Shown piece by piece: positions 33,204-42,544 of a stretch of DNA of 64,000 nucleotides. Within the stretch, counting starts at the first letter, position 1. Each line of letters begins with the position of its first letter. Below the pieces are notes generated by a model. That model saw only the letters and a program-made list of their open reading frames with translations. It did not search any database and was not told the DNA's origin. The stretch is taken from positions 2,496,001-2,560,000 of the forward strand of contig OY970194.1 in the NCBI GenBank assembly GCA_963708075.1. Direction: 5' to 3'. Source of the DNA: Sedimentisphaerales bacterium. GTDB taxonomy: Bacteria > Planctomycetota > Phycisphaerae > Sedimentisphaerales > Anaerobacaceae. The translations under genes and the position numbers were made by a program.

Positions 33204-33302
33204 ATCAGCTTTCCTTTGAAATCATACCCGTTGCGCTTGCTGCGGCAGCTGATGGATGCCGAGAAGCAAGCATTCCCAATTCCTGCGGGCGTCCCGAAGA
33301 AC

Positions 33303-33500
33303 TCACCCGGCCAGAAGCGCGGCTTTCATGGCCTTGGCCTTGCCCCCGCGCACTATGGCGGTCGAACGGATGTGGCGACGCCGCTTGGCGTTCTTGACGC
33401 TCATCAAATGGCTGGCGCCGGCACGCCGGTGCTTCAACTTGCCGCGACCGGTCACTTTCACCCGCTTGGCAAGCCCTTTATGCGTTTTCAGCTTGGGCAT
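33303..33500 (-). CDS. rpmI: 50S ribosomal protein L35
   Basis: MPKLKTHKGLAKRVKVTGRGK; synteny with infC and rplT. Confidence 0.97.
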   Translation of the reverse strand: MPKLKTHKGLAKRVKVTGRGKLKHRRAGASHLMSVKNAKRRRHIRSTAIVRGGKAKAMKAALLAG

Positions 33501-33557
33501 CGGTCCTCAACCTTCTCAATGTTCAGACGTAAACCGCTTGGCACGAACGAAACCCGG

Positions 33558-33586
33558 AGTATACGTTCCCCGACCCGTGCCGTCAA
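33558..33586 (-). promoter_or_regulatory. sigma70-type promoter for rpmI-rplT-pheS
   Basis: TTGACG-N17-TATACT. Confidence 0.65.
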
Positions 33587-33709
33587 GAGGCACAGAGAAA
33601 TTTCGCGAAAAAAAGACACAACGGATTTCCCGCCACCTTGGACAACCAACCCGCTCCGCACCGTGCAGCCTGCTACCGCAGAGACACAAGCGGCCGCCAA
33701 TCCGCGACG

Positions 33710-34222
33710 CTACTTCGGAATCAGTGTCAGCGTCATGCGGCGTCCCGCCATTCTCGGGGACTGCTCCACCTTGGACACATCCTCCAGGCCCTTTGTGATC
33801 TGGCCAAGTACCTCGGTGCCCATCTCCTTATGAAGCATCTGGCGCCCCCGGAAAAAGAGGGTGAACTGGACCTTATGCCCTTTCTCCAGGAACTCACGAG
33901 CGTGATTGCTCTTGATCTCCAGATCGTGCTTGTCCGTCTCGGGTCGAAGCCGGATCTCCTTGAGCGTGGCTACATGGTGGGTCTTCTTGTGCGACTCGCG
34001 CACCCGCCGCTTCTGCTGGTACAGCCATTTGCCGTAATCCATGATGCGGCAGACCGGCGGCTCGCTCGTCGGCGCAACCTCGACAAGATCCAGACCAGCT
34101 TCCCGCGCTCTGCTGAGAGCGTCGTCTTTGCTCACGACACCGACTTGGTTGTTTCCTTCGTCAACCAGCCGAACTGTGTCGACTCTGATCCCCCCATTGA
34201 TGCGTAGACCTCTTTTCTCGAT
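33710..34222 (-). CDS. infC: Translation initiation factor IF-3, non-AUG (ATC) start
   Basis: Frame extends upstream as IEKRGLRINGGIRVDTVRLVD; LDLVEVAP..PPVCRIMDYGK; AAGGTGG RBS before the ATC. Confidence 0.93.
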   Translation of the reverse strand: MEKRGLRINGGIRVDTVRLVDEGNNQVGVVSKDDALSRAREAGLDLVEVAPTSEPPVCRIMDYGKWLYQQKRRVRESHKKTHHVATLKEIRLRPETDKHDLEIKSNHAREFLEKGHKVQFTLFFRGRQMLHKEMGTEVLGQITKGLEDVSKVEQSPRMAGRRMTLTLIPK

Positions 34223-34318
34223 TGTATACCACCTTGCCTTTCTAAAGAACCCTGTTTCTCATCGACTGTAGCAGCGATTGCCGCTCAGTCTATCACATAT
34301 TCAGCCGTCTTTGTCACG

Positions 34319-36234
34319 TCAAAATGCCACATCGACGTCTTTCTCAGCAATTTTCCGCTTCGCCGCCGCAAGAAACTCGTCCACGGATACCGTCTTGTTC
34401 TGGTTCCCGCCGCGGAATCTAACATTGACCGTGTTAGATTCTGCCTCTTTCGGTCCGACGACCAGCATATAGGGCGCCTTCTCCGCGTGTGCCTTGGCGA
34501 TTTTGGCCCCGATCTTCTCATCGGACAAATCGGCGGCACACCGCAGACCGGCCTCGTCCAACCGCCTCTGTACCGTTTCGGCGTAGGCATTGGTCTTATC
34601 GCTGATCGGCATGACCCTCGCCTGTTCCGGCGAGAGCCAGACGGGCATCGCGCCGGCATACTGCTCGATCAGGATGCCCATGAACCGCTCCAGAGAGCCA
34701 AGGACCGCCCGGTGGATCATCACGGGCGTCTTCTCGGTATTGTCCTCATCCGTGTAGAGCAGGCCGAACCGCTCGGGCATGGAGAAATCAAGCTGGATCG
34801 TGCCGACCTGCCAGGACCGCTTGAGGCAATCCTTGACGTGGAAGTCGATCTTGGGGCCGTAAAACGCCCCGTCACCCTCGTTGATCTTGTACTGGATCTG
34901 CTTGTGCGTCAGCGCCGTCTTCAGTGCGTTCGTGGCGGTCTCCCAGATTTCGTCCGAGCCGATGTGGTTTTCCGGCTTTGTCGATAGCTCGATAGAGAAA
35001 TCGCTGAAGCCGAACGCCCGATAGGTCTCGAAGATCAGGTTGATTACCCCGATGATCTCCGACTCGATCTGCCGGGGCGTGCAGTAGATGTGGGCATCGT
35101 CCTGGGTGAACTGGCGAACCCGGAAGAGCCCGTGCAGAACGCCGCTGGCCTCGTGCCGATGCACCATGCCGAACTCGGCGATGCGCAACGGCAGCTCCCG
35201 GTAGGAGTGCTTGGAGGTCTTGAAGAGCAGGCAGCCGCCGGGGCAGTTCATCGGCTTGATGGCGTAACCGACGTCGTCGATCTCGGTAAAATACATGTTC
35301 TCCTTATAGTGGTCCCAGTGGCCGCTGCGATGCCAGAGCTCCTCGTTCAGGATGATCGGGGTCTTGATCTCCTTGTATCCATACTTACGGTTCACCTGTC
35401 GCAGGAAATCGATCATCTCGTTCCAGATGATCATTCCCCTGGGATGCATGAAGGCGAAGCCCGGCCCCATGTCGCTGAAGGTGAACAGATCGAGCTGCCG
35501 GCCCAGCACGCGGTGATCCCGCCGCTTGGCCTCCTCCAACCGCTGCACGTACTCGTCTAAATCTTTCTTCGTGGGCCAGGCGGTGCCGTAGACGCGCTGC
35601 AGCATCTTCTGGGTGGGGTCGCCATGCCAGTAGGCCCCCGCCACCGACATCACCTTGAAGGCTCCGACCTTGCCGGTGCTGGGCACGTGCGGGCCGCGGC
35701 AGAGGTCCTCGAAACCGTTCCCGTGCGAATAGAAGCTGATGGTGTCGCTGTGGGCGCGCTCGATATTGTCGAGCTTGTACTTGTCGCCCTTGAGTTTCTC
35801 GATGGCTTGTGCGCGTGACATCTCCGTTCGAGTGATGGGCTTGTCGGCGGCGACGATCTCGGCCATCCTGCTCTCGATGCGGGGGAAATCCTCCGGGCGG
35901 ATCGGCTCATCCAGGTCGATATCGTAGTAGAACCCGTCTTCGACCGTCGGGCCGTACACGAGCCTGGTCTGCGGCCAGAGGCTGCAGATCGCCTCCGCCA
36001 GGACGTGGGCGAACTATGGCGCATCACCTCCAGGCCCTGCTTGTCCTTGGGCGTGAGGATCTGCACCTGCGGGCTATTCGTGATGAGGGTGGCCAAATCC
36101 GCCAATTCCCCATTGATCTTGACCGCCACGGCCGCTTTCGCCAGCCCAGGCCCGATCTGCTCCGCCACCTGTTTGGCGGTGCTGCCCTCGGCAACCTCTA
36201 ATGTACTGCCGTCCGGAAGTTTTACTTGTGCCAT
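34319..36234 (-). CDS. thrS: Threonyl-tRNA synthetase, frameshifted near 36011
   Basis: VKLPDGS TGS domain, RHSS/AHVLAEA junction, DLCRGPH, RDHR, KPMNCPG, FTQDDAH, AFYGPKID. Confidence 0.96.
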
Positions 36235-36276
36235 ACATGGTTCCAAATACCGTGCGTTGTTCCTGCAATTTTCCCG

Positions 36277-36304
36277 AATATAGCCGACGCGCGAACAAAG
36301 TCAA
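36277..36304 (-). promoter_or_regulatory. sigma70-type promoter for thrS
   Basis: TTGACT-N16-TATATT. Confidence 0.55.
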
Positions 36305-36553
36305 GTATCGTCCTGCCGGGCACGAGGGGCGAGCGATCCTGCGGCCGCGGCGGCCCATTCCACAGACATGGCAATGCCGACACTGCCCTTGGGGATTGCC
36401 ATAAGCTCCTATGGGATATGCAGTTATGCAGCCATAATCCATACGTCGCAGGCAACGTCAGGGTTCCGGCGATTTCCTTGTTGTTATGGGACGACGGAAT
36501 TGTTATAATATCTTTGAGTAATGTCCGCTGAAGGCAGTATGGAGAGAGGTCAC

Positions 36554-37027
36554 ATGGATATCAACCTGGTGCTTCTCAAGAAGAATGGGTCGCACAAGAC
36601 CTTTCCTCTCACAAGCAACGTGATCGTCATCGGCCGCCGCCATGAGTGCGACCTGTACATCCCCCTGCCTACGGTGTCCCGCAAGCACTGTCAACTCAGC
36701 GTGAACGGCAAGGCTGTGGAGGTTCGCGATCTCGGCTCGACGGGCGGCACCTTCGTCAACGACCAGAAGATCGACGGACAGGCGTCCCTCAAAGCCGGCG
36801 ACTCTATCCGCATCGGTCCGCTGACATTCGTCTGTCAGATCGACGGCAAACCGGAGAAGATCGCGCCGCCCAAAAAGCCTGTCCAGCAGGCGGCCAAGCC
36901 ACAGAAAAAGGCCGCCAAGCCGGCGGGTGACAAACCGGCGGACGGCCTCGATGAGCTCGACGCCTCCGACAGCTTTCTTGGACTTGATGAGTCGGATTCG
37001 GGACTCGAGGACCTGAAAGACCTCTGA
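36554..37027 (+). CDS. FHA-domain protein with acidic tail
   Basis: IGRRHECDL, VSRKHC, DLGSTGGTFVN, GDSIRIG. Confidence 0.9.
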   Translation: MDINLVLLKKNGSHKTFPLTSNVIVIGRRHECDLYIPLPTVSRKHCQLSVNGKAVEVRDLGSTGGTFVNDQKIDGQASLKAGDSIRIGPLTFVCQIDGKPEKIAPPKKPVQQAAKPQKKAAKPAGDKPADGLDELDASDSFLGLDESDSGLEDLKDL

Positions 37028-37063
37028 TGTTCACGCGTTTCGCAGCCGGATTCGCCCGGGGGG

Positions 37064-37387
37064 CGGATGCGGTCGGAATACGGTGGCGGCGTGCAGCGCG
37101 GACCACGCCTCTTTCGTCCCTCACGGGACTAGCTTCTATCCTTGGCCCAGGTTCCCCAGCGATAAATCGCTGGGCTATTCTCTATCGCCCCGCGGGCTTG
37201 GACGGCGCCCCAGTCCTCTTGCGTCGGCCCATCCGCCCCACAGGGGCGATCGACAATAGCCCACCGTTTCAACGGTGGGTACCGGTAGCCCATCACATCC
37301 CAAAGCCCCGCAGGGGCGAAAGAAGACTGCGGTGCGCTCTTGGGTCGGGCGGAATCCGAACCCGCCACCGAATGCCGGCCGCACCCC
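37064..37387. mobile_element. Composite palindromic MITE/BIME-like element, copy 1
   Basis: ~25-bp imperfect terminal inverted repeats, several internal hairpins; reverse-complement homolog at 44917..45248. Confidence 0.75.
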
Positions 37388-37413
37388 AGGGGGCTGCAAT
37401 TCTTTATTGATGC

Positions 37414-37442
37414 TTGCCAGAATCCGCCCGATGTGGTACTCT
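37414..37442 (+). promoter_or_regulatory. sigma70-type promoter for the GspE-like gene
   Basis: TTGCCA-N17-TACTCT with an extended -10 TG. Confidence 0.45.
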
Positions 37443-37489
37443 GTCCCTCAGTCGAGTTTTCGCTGAAAGTATGCGGTAAGAGAGGTCCT

Positions 37490-39097
37490 ATGCAGATGCT
37501 GGGAGTCATTTCAGCCGTGGAACTCCTGCAGTTGACCGGCGGTGCGGAGGGGTATCCAATGCCGCTGCTCGTGTCCCTGCCCTTCAATCCGATTCGACTG
37601 CTGGTGCTGGTCGCCTGGTTCTATTTTTGCGTGTACCTCGTCCAGCGCGTCAATTTCAGTCCACTTGTGCCCAAGAACTACAGAATTTATGCCAATGTGG
37701 CGACCCTGTTCACTGGACCGGTGCTCCTGTTGATCCTGTTCGTGATCGATACGGCGAGGAAAACCAGGGAAAACAGAGAGAGTTTCTTCGAGGTTCTGGC
37801 GCGACAGACTCAGCAGGTCCTGACGACCCTTCGGTCCATCCGTTCCGAGCCGAAAGAGGATGATTCGGCCATCCACCTGCTCGACTCGTCCGGGCGGACA
37901 CTGGATGACATCTATGGGCGCGGGGAAGCCAAACACGACGATGCCAAGTTCCTCAGTTTGACGGAGACGACCATTGCCGGCGCGCTCGACCGCCGGGCCA
38001 GCGACATCCTGATCGATCCGAAGAATGAGGCCGCATACACCATCCGCCTTCGAATTGACGGCGTGCTCAGGACCGTCAACGAGTTGGATGCCGTGGCCTG
38101 CCACGCCGTCATCAACAGTATCAAGGCCGTGGCCGGAATGGACATCTCGGAGCGCAGGAGGCCCCAGGATGGCGGCTTCATGGCCAGAAGAGGAGGCTCC
38201 ACCGCCTCGTTCCGTGTGGCCAGCGCCGGCGCGCTCAATGGGGAGAAGCTCTCCATCCGCGTGCTGAACAAGGACGCCGGATCGCTCACGCTGGCCGATG
38301 TCGGGCTGTCGGAGAAACAGCATGGCATCATTCATAACGCCCTGAGGAAACCGTCGGGCATGATCCTGGTCTGCGGGCCCACCGGAAGCGGCAAGACCAC
38401 GACGATGTATTCCATGCTCAACGAGATCGATCGCTACACCCGCAATGTGATCACCGTCGAAGACCCCATCGAAGCCGTGCTGCCCGAGGCCAGCCAGATC
38501 GAGATCAATCCCAAGGCGGACATCACCTTTGCCAAGGCGCTGCGCAGCATCCTGCGGCAGGACCCCGATGTGATCTGCGTCGGCGAGATCCGCGACGAGG
38601 AGACCGCCGAGATCGCTTTGCGAGCCGCCCAGACCGGCCATCTCGTGCTGGCGACCATTCATTGCGACAGCAATGCCACCGCGCTGATCCGGCTGCTGGA
38701 CCTGCATGTCTCGCCGCTGCTGCTGTCGGCGGGCCTGAACCTTATCTTCTCGCAGCGGCTCGTGCGGCGCCTGTGTGACAAATGCAGGAGGCCGGCGAAG
38801 CTCAGCGACAGCCAGATTCAGGAATTCCACAGGAAGAAGATCGATTCGTCGAACGTGTTCGAGGCGACCGGTTGCAGGCACTGCGAGAAAACGGGGTTCT
38901 ACGGGCGCACCGCCGTCTGCGATCTGATGATTGTCGATGATGCCTTGAAGGCGGAAATCGCCCAGAGTGAATCCCTCATTGCCAGGCTCAGGACCGAGGG
39001 CGGCCAGAAGGGGCTTGTCGGGCTTCGCAAGGAGGGACTGAAGAAGGTTGTCGCCGGCATTACAAGCCTGGCGGAATTGAAGAGGGTAGTGGGATAG
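37490..39097 (+). CDS. GspE/PilB-family ATPase with N-terminal TM segments; start uncertain
   Basis: ASDILIDP, RLRIDG, PQDG, GPTGSGKTT, EDPIE, LRQDPDVICVGEIRD, TGHLV, CxxC pairs. Confidence 0.9.
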   Translation: MQMLGVISAVELLQLTGGAEGYPMPLLVSLPFNPIRLLVLVAWFYFCVYLVQRVNFSPLVPKNYRIYANVATLFTGPVLLLILFVIDTARKTRENRESFFEVLARQTQQVLTTLRSIRSEPKEDDSAIHLLDSSGRTLDDIYGRGEAKHDDAKFLSLTETTIAGALDRRASDILIDPKNEAAYTIRLRIDGVLRTVNELDAVACHAVINSIKAVAGMDISERRRPQDGGFMARRGGSTASFRVASAGALNGEKLSIRVLNKDAGSLTLADVGLSEKQHGIIHNALRKPSGMILVCGPTGSGKTTTMYSMLNEIDRYTRNVITVEDPIEAVLPEASQIEINPKADITFAKALRSILRQDPDVICVGEIRDEETAEIALRAAQTGHLVLATIHCDSNATALIRLLDLHVSPLLLSAGLNLIFSQRLVRRLCDKCRRPAKLSDSQIQEFHRKKIDSSNVFEATGCRHCEKTGFYGRTAVCDLMIVDDALKAEIAQSESLIARLRTEGGQKGLVGLRKEGLKKVVAGITSLAELKRVVG

Positions 39098-39102
39098 AGA
39101 TC

Positions 39103-39771
39103 ATGGTATTCTGGATCGCCATTCTGGCAGGTATTCTGTTCGTATGGCTGGCCGTGCGCCTGGGTTTTTACGCCACGTGGGTCCTGCTCTTCAATGTTGT
39201 GATCTCAATGTACGTGGCGATCTTTCTGGCCCCGCTGATCGTGGACTTCGCTCCTGCGGTGGGCGGGGCGGCTTCCTACGGCGTGGCGTTGAGCATGATC
39301 GTCCTGGCCGGCGGATGCTTTGCCCTTCTCCAGGGCCTGTCGTACGTGTTCCTGACCGGGCAGTTCAACATCCCGTTCCCCCGGATTTTTGACATCGTGC
39401 TGTCCGGTGTGCTGGGGTTCACGGCCGGCTTTCTGATTCTGAGCTTCGCCGCGATTGTCCTCACCACCACGCCGCTGGCACAGCACAAGATCATCAGCAG
39501 CATCGGCTTCAACGAACAATCGCAGCAAGCGAACATCTCCTGCATGGCACGGTGCTGCGATCTGATTCACGCCGTCGCCGGATTCGAAGGCAGCAAGGAA
39601 ACTACAGGCACAGCCATACACCGTCTCCTCGACGTCCAGCGGAACCTGGACTCATCGCGCCAGGAGCGCACGCCCGACGCAAATGAGCCGCCCGCAGCGC
39701 CGCGCAGGGAGCCGCGTCAAGAGTCCCCTGCTCGAAGGAAGATCGTGGACCCGACCGGCGACACCCTGTAA
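39103..39771 (+). CDS. CvpA-like membrane protein
   Basis: About 4 TM helices with RLGF..W and D..LSGVLGF..G pattern. Confidence 0.6.
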   Translation: MVFWIAILAGILFVWLAVRLGFYATWVLLFNVVISMYVAIFLAPLIVDFAPAVGGAASYGVALSMIVLAGGCFALLQGLSYVFLTGQFNIPFPRIFDIVLSGVLGFTAGFLILSFAAIVLTTTPLAQHKIISSIGFNEQSQQANISCMARCCDLIHAVAGFEGSKETTGTAIHRLLDVQRNLDSSRQERTPDANEPPAAPRREPRQESPARRKIVDPTGDTL

Positions 39772-39810
39772 TCACCTCCCAGGAACTCATTTGTATGGAA
39801 CCGAGTGCTG

Positions 39811-40044
39811 TCAGGACATGGGGCACATGCCGCCGGCACAGCCGCCGCCGCAGGCCGGGAGAGCGGAACAGGAATCGCAACCGGGTGTGGAGGCCTTGCC
39901 TTGTCCGACGGCGAAGTTGGAGAAGAGTTTGCGGAGGTTGGAGCCGCCGCACTTCTCACAGGTGACTTTCTCCACGTTGAGGCTCTTGTGAAGGACCTCC
40001 ATCACGTGTCCGCATTGATCGCACTTGTATTCGAATATCGGCAT
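39811..40044 (-). CDS. FmdB-family zinc-ribbon protein
   Basis: MPIFEYKCDQCG...CEKCGG...KLFSNF plus Cys-rich tail. Confidence 0.88.
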   Translation of the reverse strand: MPIFEYKCDQCGHVMEVLHKSLNVEKVTCEKCGGSNLRKLFSNFAVGQGKASTPGCDSCSALPACGGGCAGGMCPMS

Positions 40045-40422
40045 AATCAGTTTCCCTTGCAGTCAGTCCATCCCAGAGCCGGCCCATCCGGCGGATGCAA
40101 ACCCTCGTAATACTTCGAACACCAGCGTTCGGTTCACCTTGCTGTTATAGGTCCTATATGACTAATGAGACCTATGCCGGGCACAGGCTCGTGCCCTGCC
40201 TGGCAAGCCCTGTGCATGCAGCATTCATTCCGAGCCTATCGGAAGATTATGCACGATCCGCACCAAAAATCCAACTCTTCTATCAGTGCCCGCCCACGAA
40301 TTGAACCGCTTGTCTCAACCCGGCGGCGCAAGCACGGGTATGGTTGCAGAAGTGGCACCGGCCATGTGCCGATAGAAAGATAATGGTTGGGGTAGGTTCG
40401 CCCAGTAGGCAAGGTATCTGCA

Positions 40423-42489
40423 ATGAACACGAGTTGGAAGCTGGTTTTATGGGGCACTGTCGTGCTGCTGCTGGCGCTGTCCGCATGGCTCGTCTATCTT
40501 CAGCACAGCGCCCGGGGACAGGTGAGCGTCATCACTCCTCCCGAGGCGGAGGCACTACGCATCGCGGTGATGGATCCCCTGTCATCCGCATTGTGCTCTG
40601 CTGAAACCGGGAGCTTCGCCCGGCACGATTACTCGGGGCTTGCCCACCACCTCGGACGCAAAATCAGGCGGCCGGTCCAAATCGACTATGGACGGAGCCT
40701 GGCGGACGCCCTTGGGCCGAAGCCTGAAGAGATCGATTTAATCATCGGCAAGGGATCGGTCGTGCAGTCACAGGCGATACAGGCAAATCTGCTCGTCCGC
40801 CCTGTCGTTCGACTCACCGACCGGGAGGGCAGCACCGATCTCTCAGGCCTTTTCATCGTGCGTAAGAACGATCCAGCCAAGACGATCAAAGACCTGATGG
40901 ATTACAGGATTCTCTTCGGGCCCACCTGCGACGACGAGAGACATTCGGCCGCCCTGGCTGTGCTGGCGAAACAGGGCGTGATGCCCATGCCGCCTGTGCA
41001 GATGGTGCCAAGCTGCACGGCTGCCGCCCTGGCGGTCGCGGAAGGCGAGGCGGACGCGGCGGTCATTTCCAGTTACGCGGCCCCGCTGCTCGACGGCTGC
41101 GACAGCGTGGACAAAGAGGCCCTGCGAGTGATCGGCCGCACATCCCCCGAGCCGTTCATCACCGTTTTTGCCACGGCCCGAGTGACCCCCGCCGCGGAGC
41201 GAGAGATCGCCGATGCACTATTTTCCATCCAGGAGGATCCGCAACTGCTCGAAGCGATGAATTCGAGGGCCGGCTTTGTCGATCTGCAGGCAAAGCCTGT
41301 GATACGTGAGTATCGGCCTGCACAACCGCCGGCGCCGCCTTGGGCCGATTGGCGAGGTCAGGACCGCTCTGCGATCAGTCCGCACGTGCCGGACCGCCTG
41401 CCCTCGCGAGCGAGCTTCTTTTGGAAGCGAGGCTTGACGGGCGCGGGCCTCTCAGGCATTGCGGCCACGCATAAGCATGTGATCGTCGCCGACAAGAGCG
41501 AGCAGAACGACCGGGACATCTGGCGGTGCCTGGACGCCGGCACAGGCAAAGAGGTCTGGACCATCGCCTACGCGACGCCGACAAAAATGGAGTTCACGAA
41601 TGCCCCACGTGCTGCGCCGGTCATCCACGGCGACCTCGTGTATCTCCTGGGCGCGTTTGGCGACCTGCACTGTGTCGACCTGAGCAACAGCCGAATCGTC
41701 TGGCGAAAGAACATTGTCAAGGACTTCGAGGCCTCGTTGACGCCCTGGGGCATGAGTTCCACGCCGCTGGTTGTCGATGGCAAGCTGATCGTCAATCCGG
41801 GGGCGAAGGATGCGTCGCTGGTCGCCCTGGACCTGTACACAGGTGAGGTCCTCTGGAAGACGCCGGGCGAGCGAGCTGCGTATGCCTCTCTGATCCTCGG
41901 CACGTTCGGCGGCGTTCGCCAGATCGTCGGCTACGACGCCGTCTCGCTGGGCGGCTGGGACCCGAACACCGGCCGGCGATTGTGGGAGTTGCCGCCCCCC
42001 AAGAAAGGCGACTACAATGTCCCCACCCCGGTCAACGTCAGCGGGCGAATCCTCCTGAGCACGGAGAATAACGGCACGCGGCTCCACGCTTTCGGCGGCG
42101 ACGGACGCATCCTGCCCACCCCTGTCGCATGGAACTCCAACCTCAAGCCTGACACCTCCACGCCCGTCATAGTGAACGGGCTGGTATTCGGCTGTTCCAA
42201 CGGCCTCTTCTGCCTCGACCTCAGCCAGGACTTGAAAACGCTCTACGCGGCGAACGACGACGCCGCATTCAAGAACCATGCCGCGTTCATCGCGGGCAAC
42301 GACCGCGTGTTGGCGCTATCCGTCGAAGGCGAGCTGGTCCTGCTGCAGGCGTCACGAACCAGTTTCACGCCGGTCTCGCGTCTGCGGCTGTTCACAGACA
42401 CGGACGTCTGGTCCCATCCCGCGCTGGTCGGCAACCGCCTCTACGTCCGCAGCATGAAAGAAGTCTGCTGCATACTGCTGAGCGATTGA
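40423..42489 (+). CDS. Fusion of PhnD-like substrate-binding domain and PQQ/BamB-like beta-propeller
   Basis: N-terminal TM; GLFIVRKNDPAKTIKDL, GEADAAVIS, LRVIGRT; then WADWRG and repeated CLDAGTGKEVW/ALDLYTGEVLW, WSHPALVGNRLYVR. Confidence 0.78.
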   Translation: MNTSWKLVLWGTVVLLLALSAWLVYLQHSARGQVSVITPPEAEALRIAVMDPLSSALCSAETGSFARHDYSGLAHHLGRKIRRPVQIDYGRSLADALGPKPEEIDLIIGKGSVVQSQAIQANLLVRPVVRLTDREGSTDLSGLFIVRKNDPAKTIKDLMDYRILFGPTCDDERHSAALAVLAKQGVMPMPPVQMVPSCTAAALAVAEGEADAAVISSYAAPLLDGCDSVDKEALRVIGRTSPEPFITVFATARVTPAAEREIADALFSIQEDPQLLEAMNSRAGFVDLQAKPVIREYRPAQPPAPPWADWRGQDRSAISPHVPDRLPSRASFFWKRGLTGAGLSGIAATHKHVIVADKSEQNDRDIWRCLDAGTGKEVWTIAYATPTKMEFTNAPRAAPVIHGDLVYLLGAFGDLHCVDLSNSRIVWRKNIVKDFEASLTPWGMSSTPLVVDGKLIVNPGAKDASLVALDLYTGEVLWKTPGERAAYASLILGTFGGVRQIVGYDAVSLGGWDPNTGRRLWELPPPKKGDYNVPTPVNVSGRILLSTENNGTRLHAFGGDGRILPTPVAWNSNLKPDTSTPVIVNGLVFGCSNGLFCLDLSQDLKTLYAANDDAAFKNHAAFIAGNDRVLALSVEGELVLLQASRTSFTPVSRLRLFTDTDVWSHPALVGNRLYVRSMKEVCCILLSD

Positions 42490-42544
42490 GAGCCCATCCT
42501 GATAGGCTTGTTGCCTGATGGGGAGGTACTCGCCCTAATCCACT

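Noticed and set aside
40201..40216. sigma54 promoter TGGCAAGCCCTGTGCA
   Set aside because: GG-N10-GC spacing fits, but it deviates from consensus, lies about 200 bp from the next start, and has no supporting activator context.
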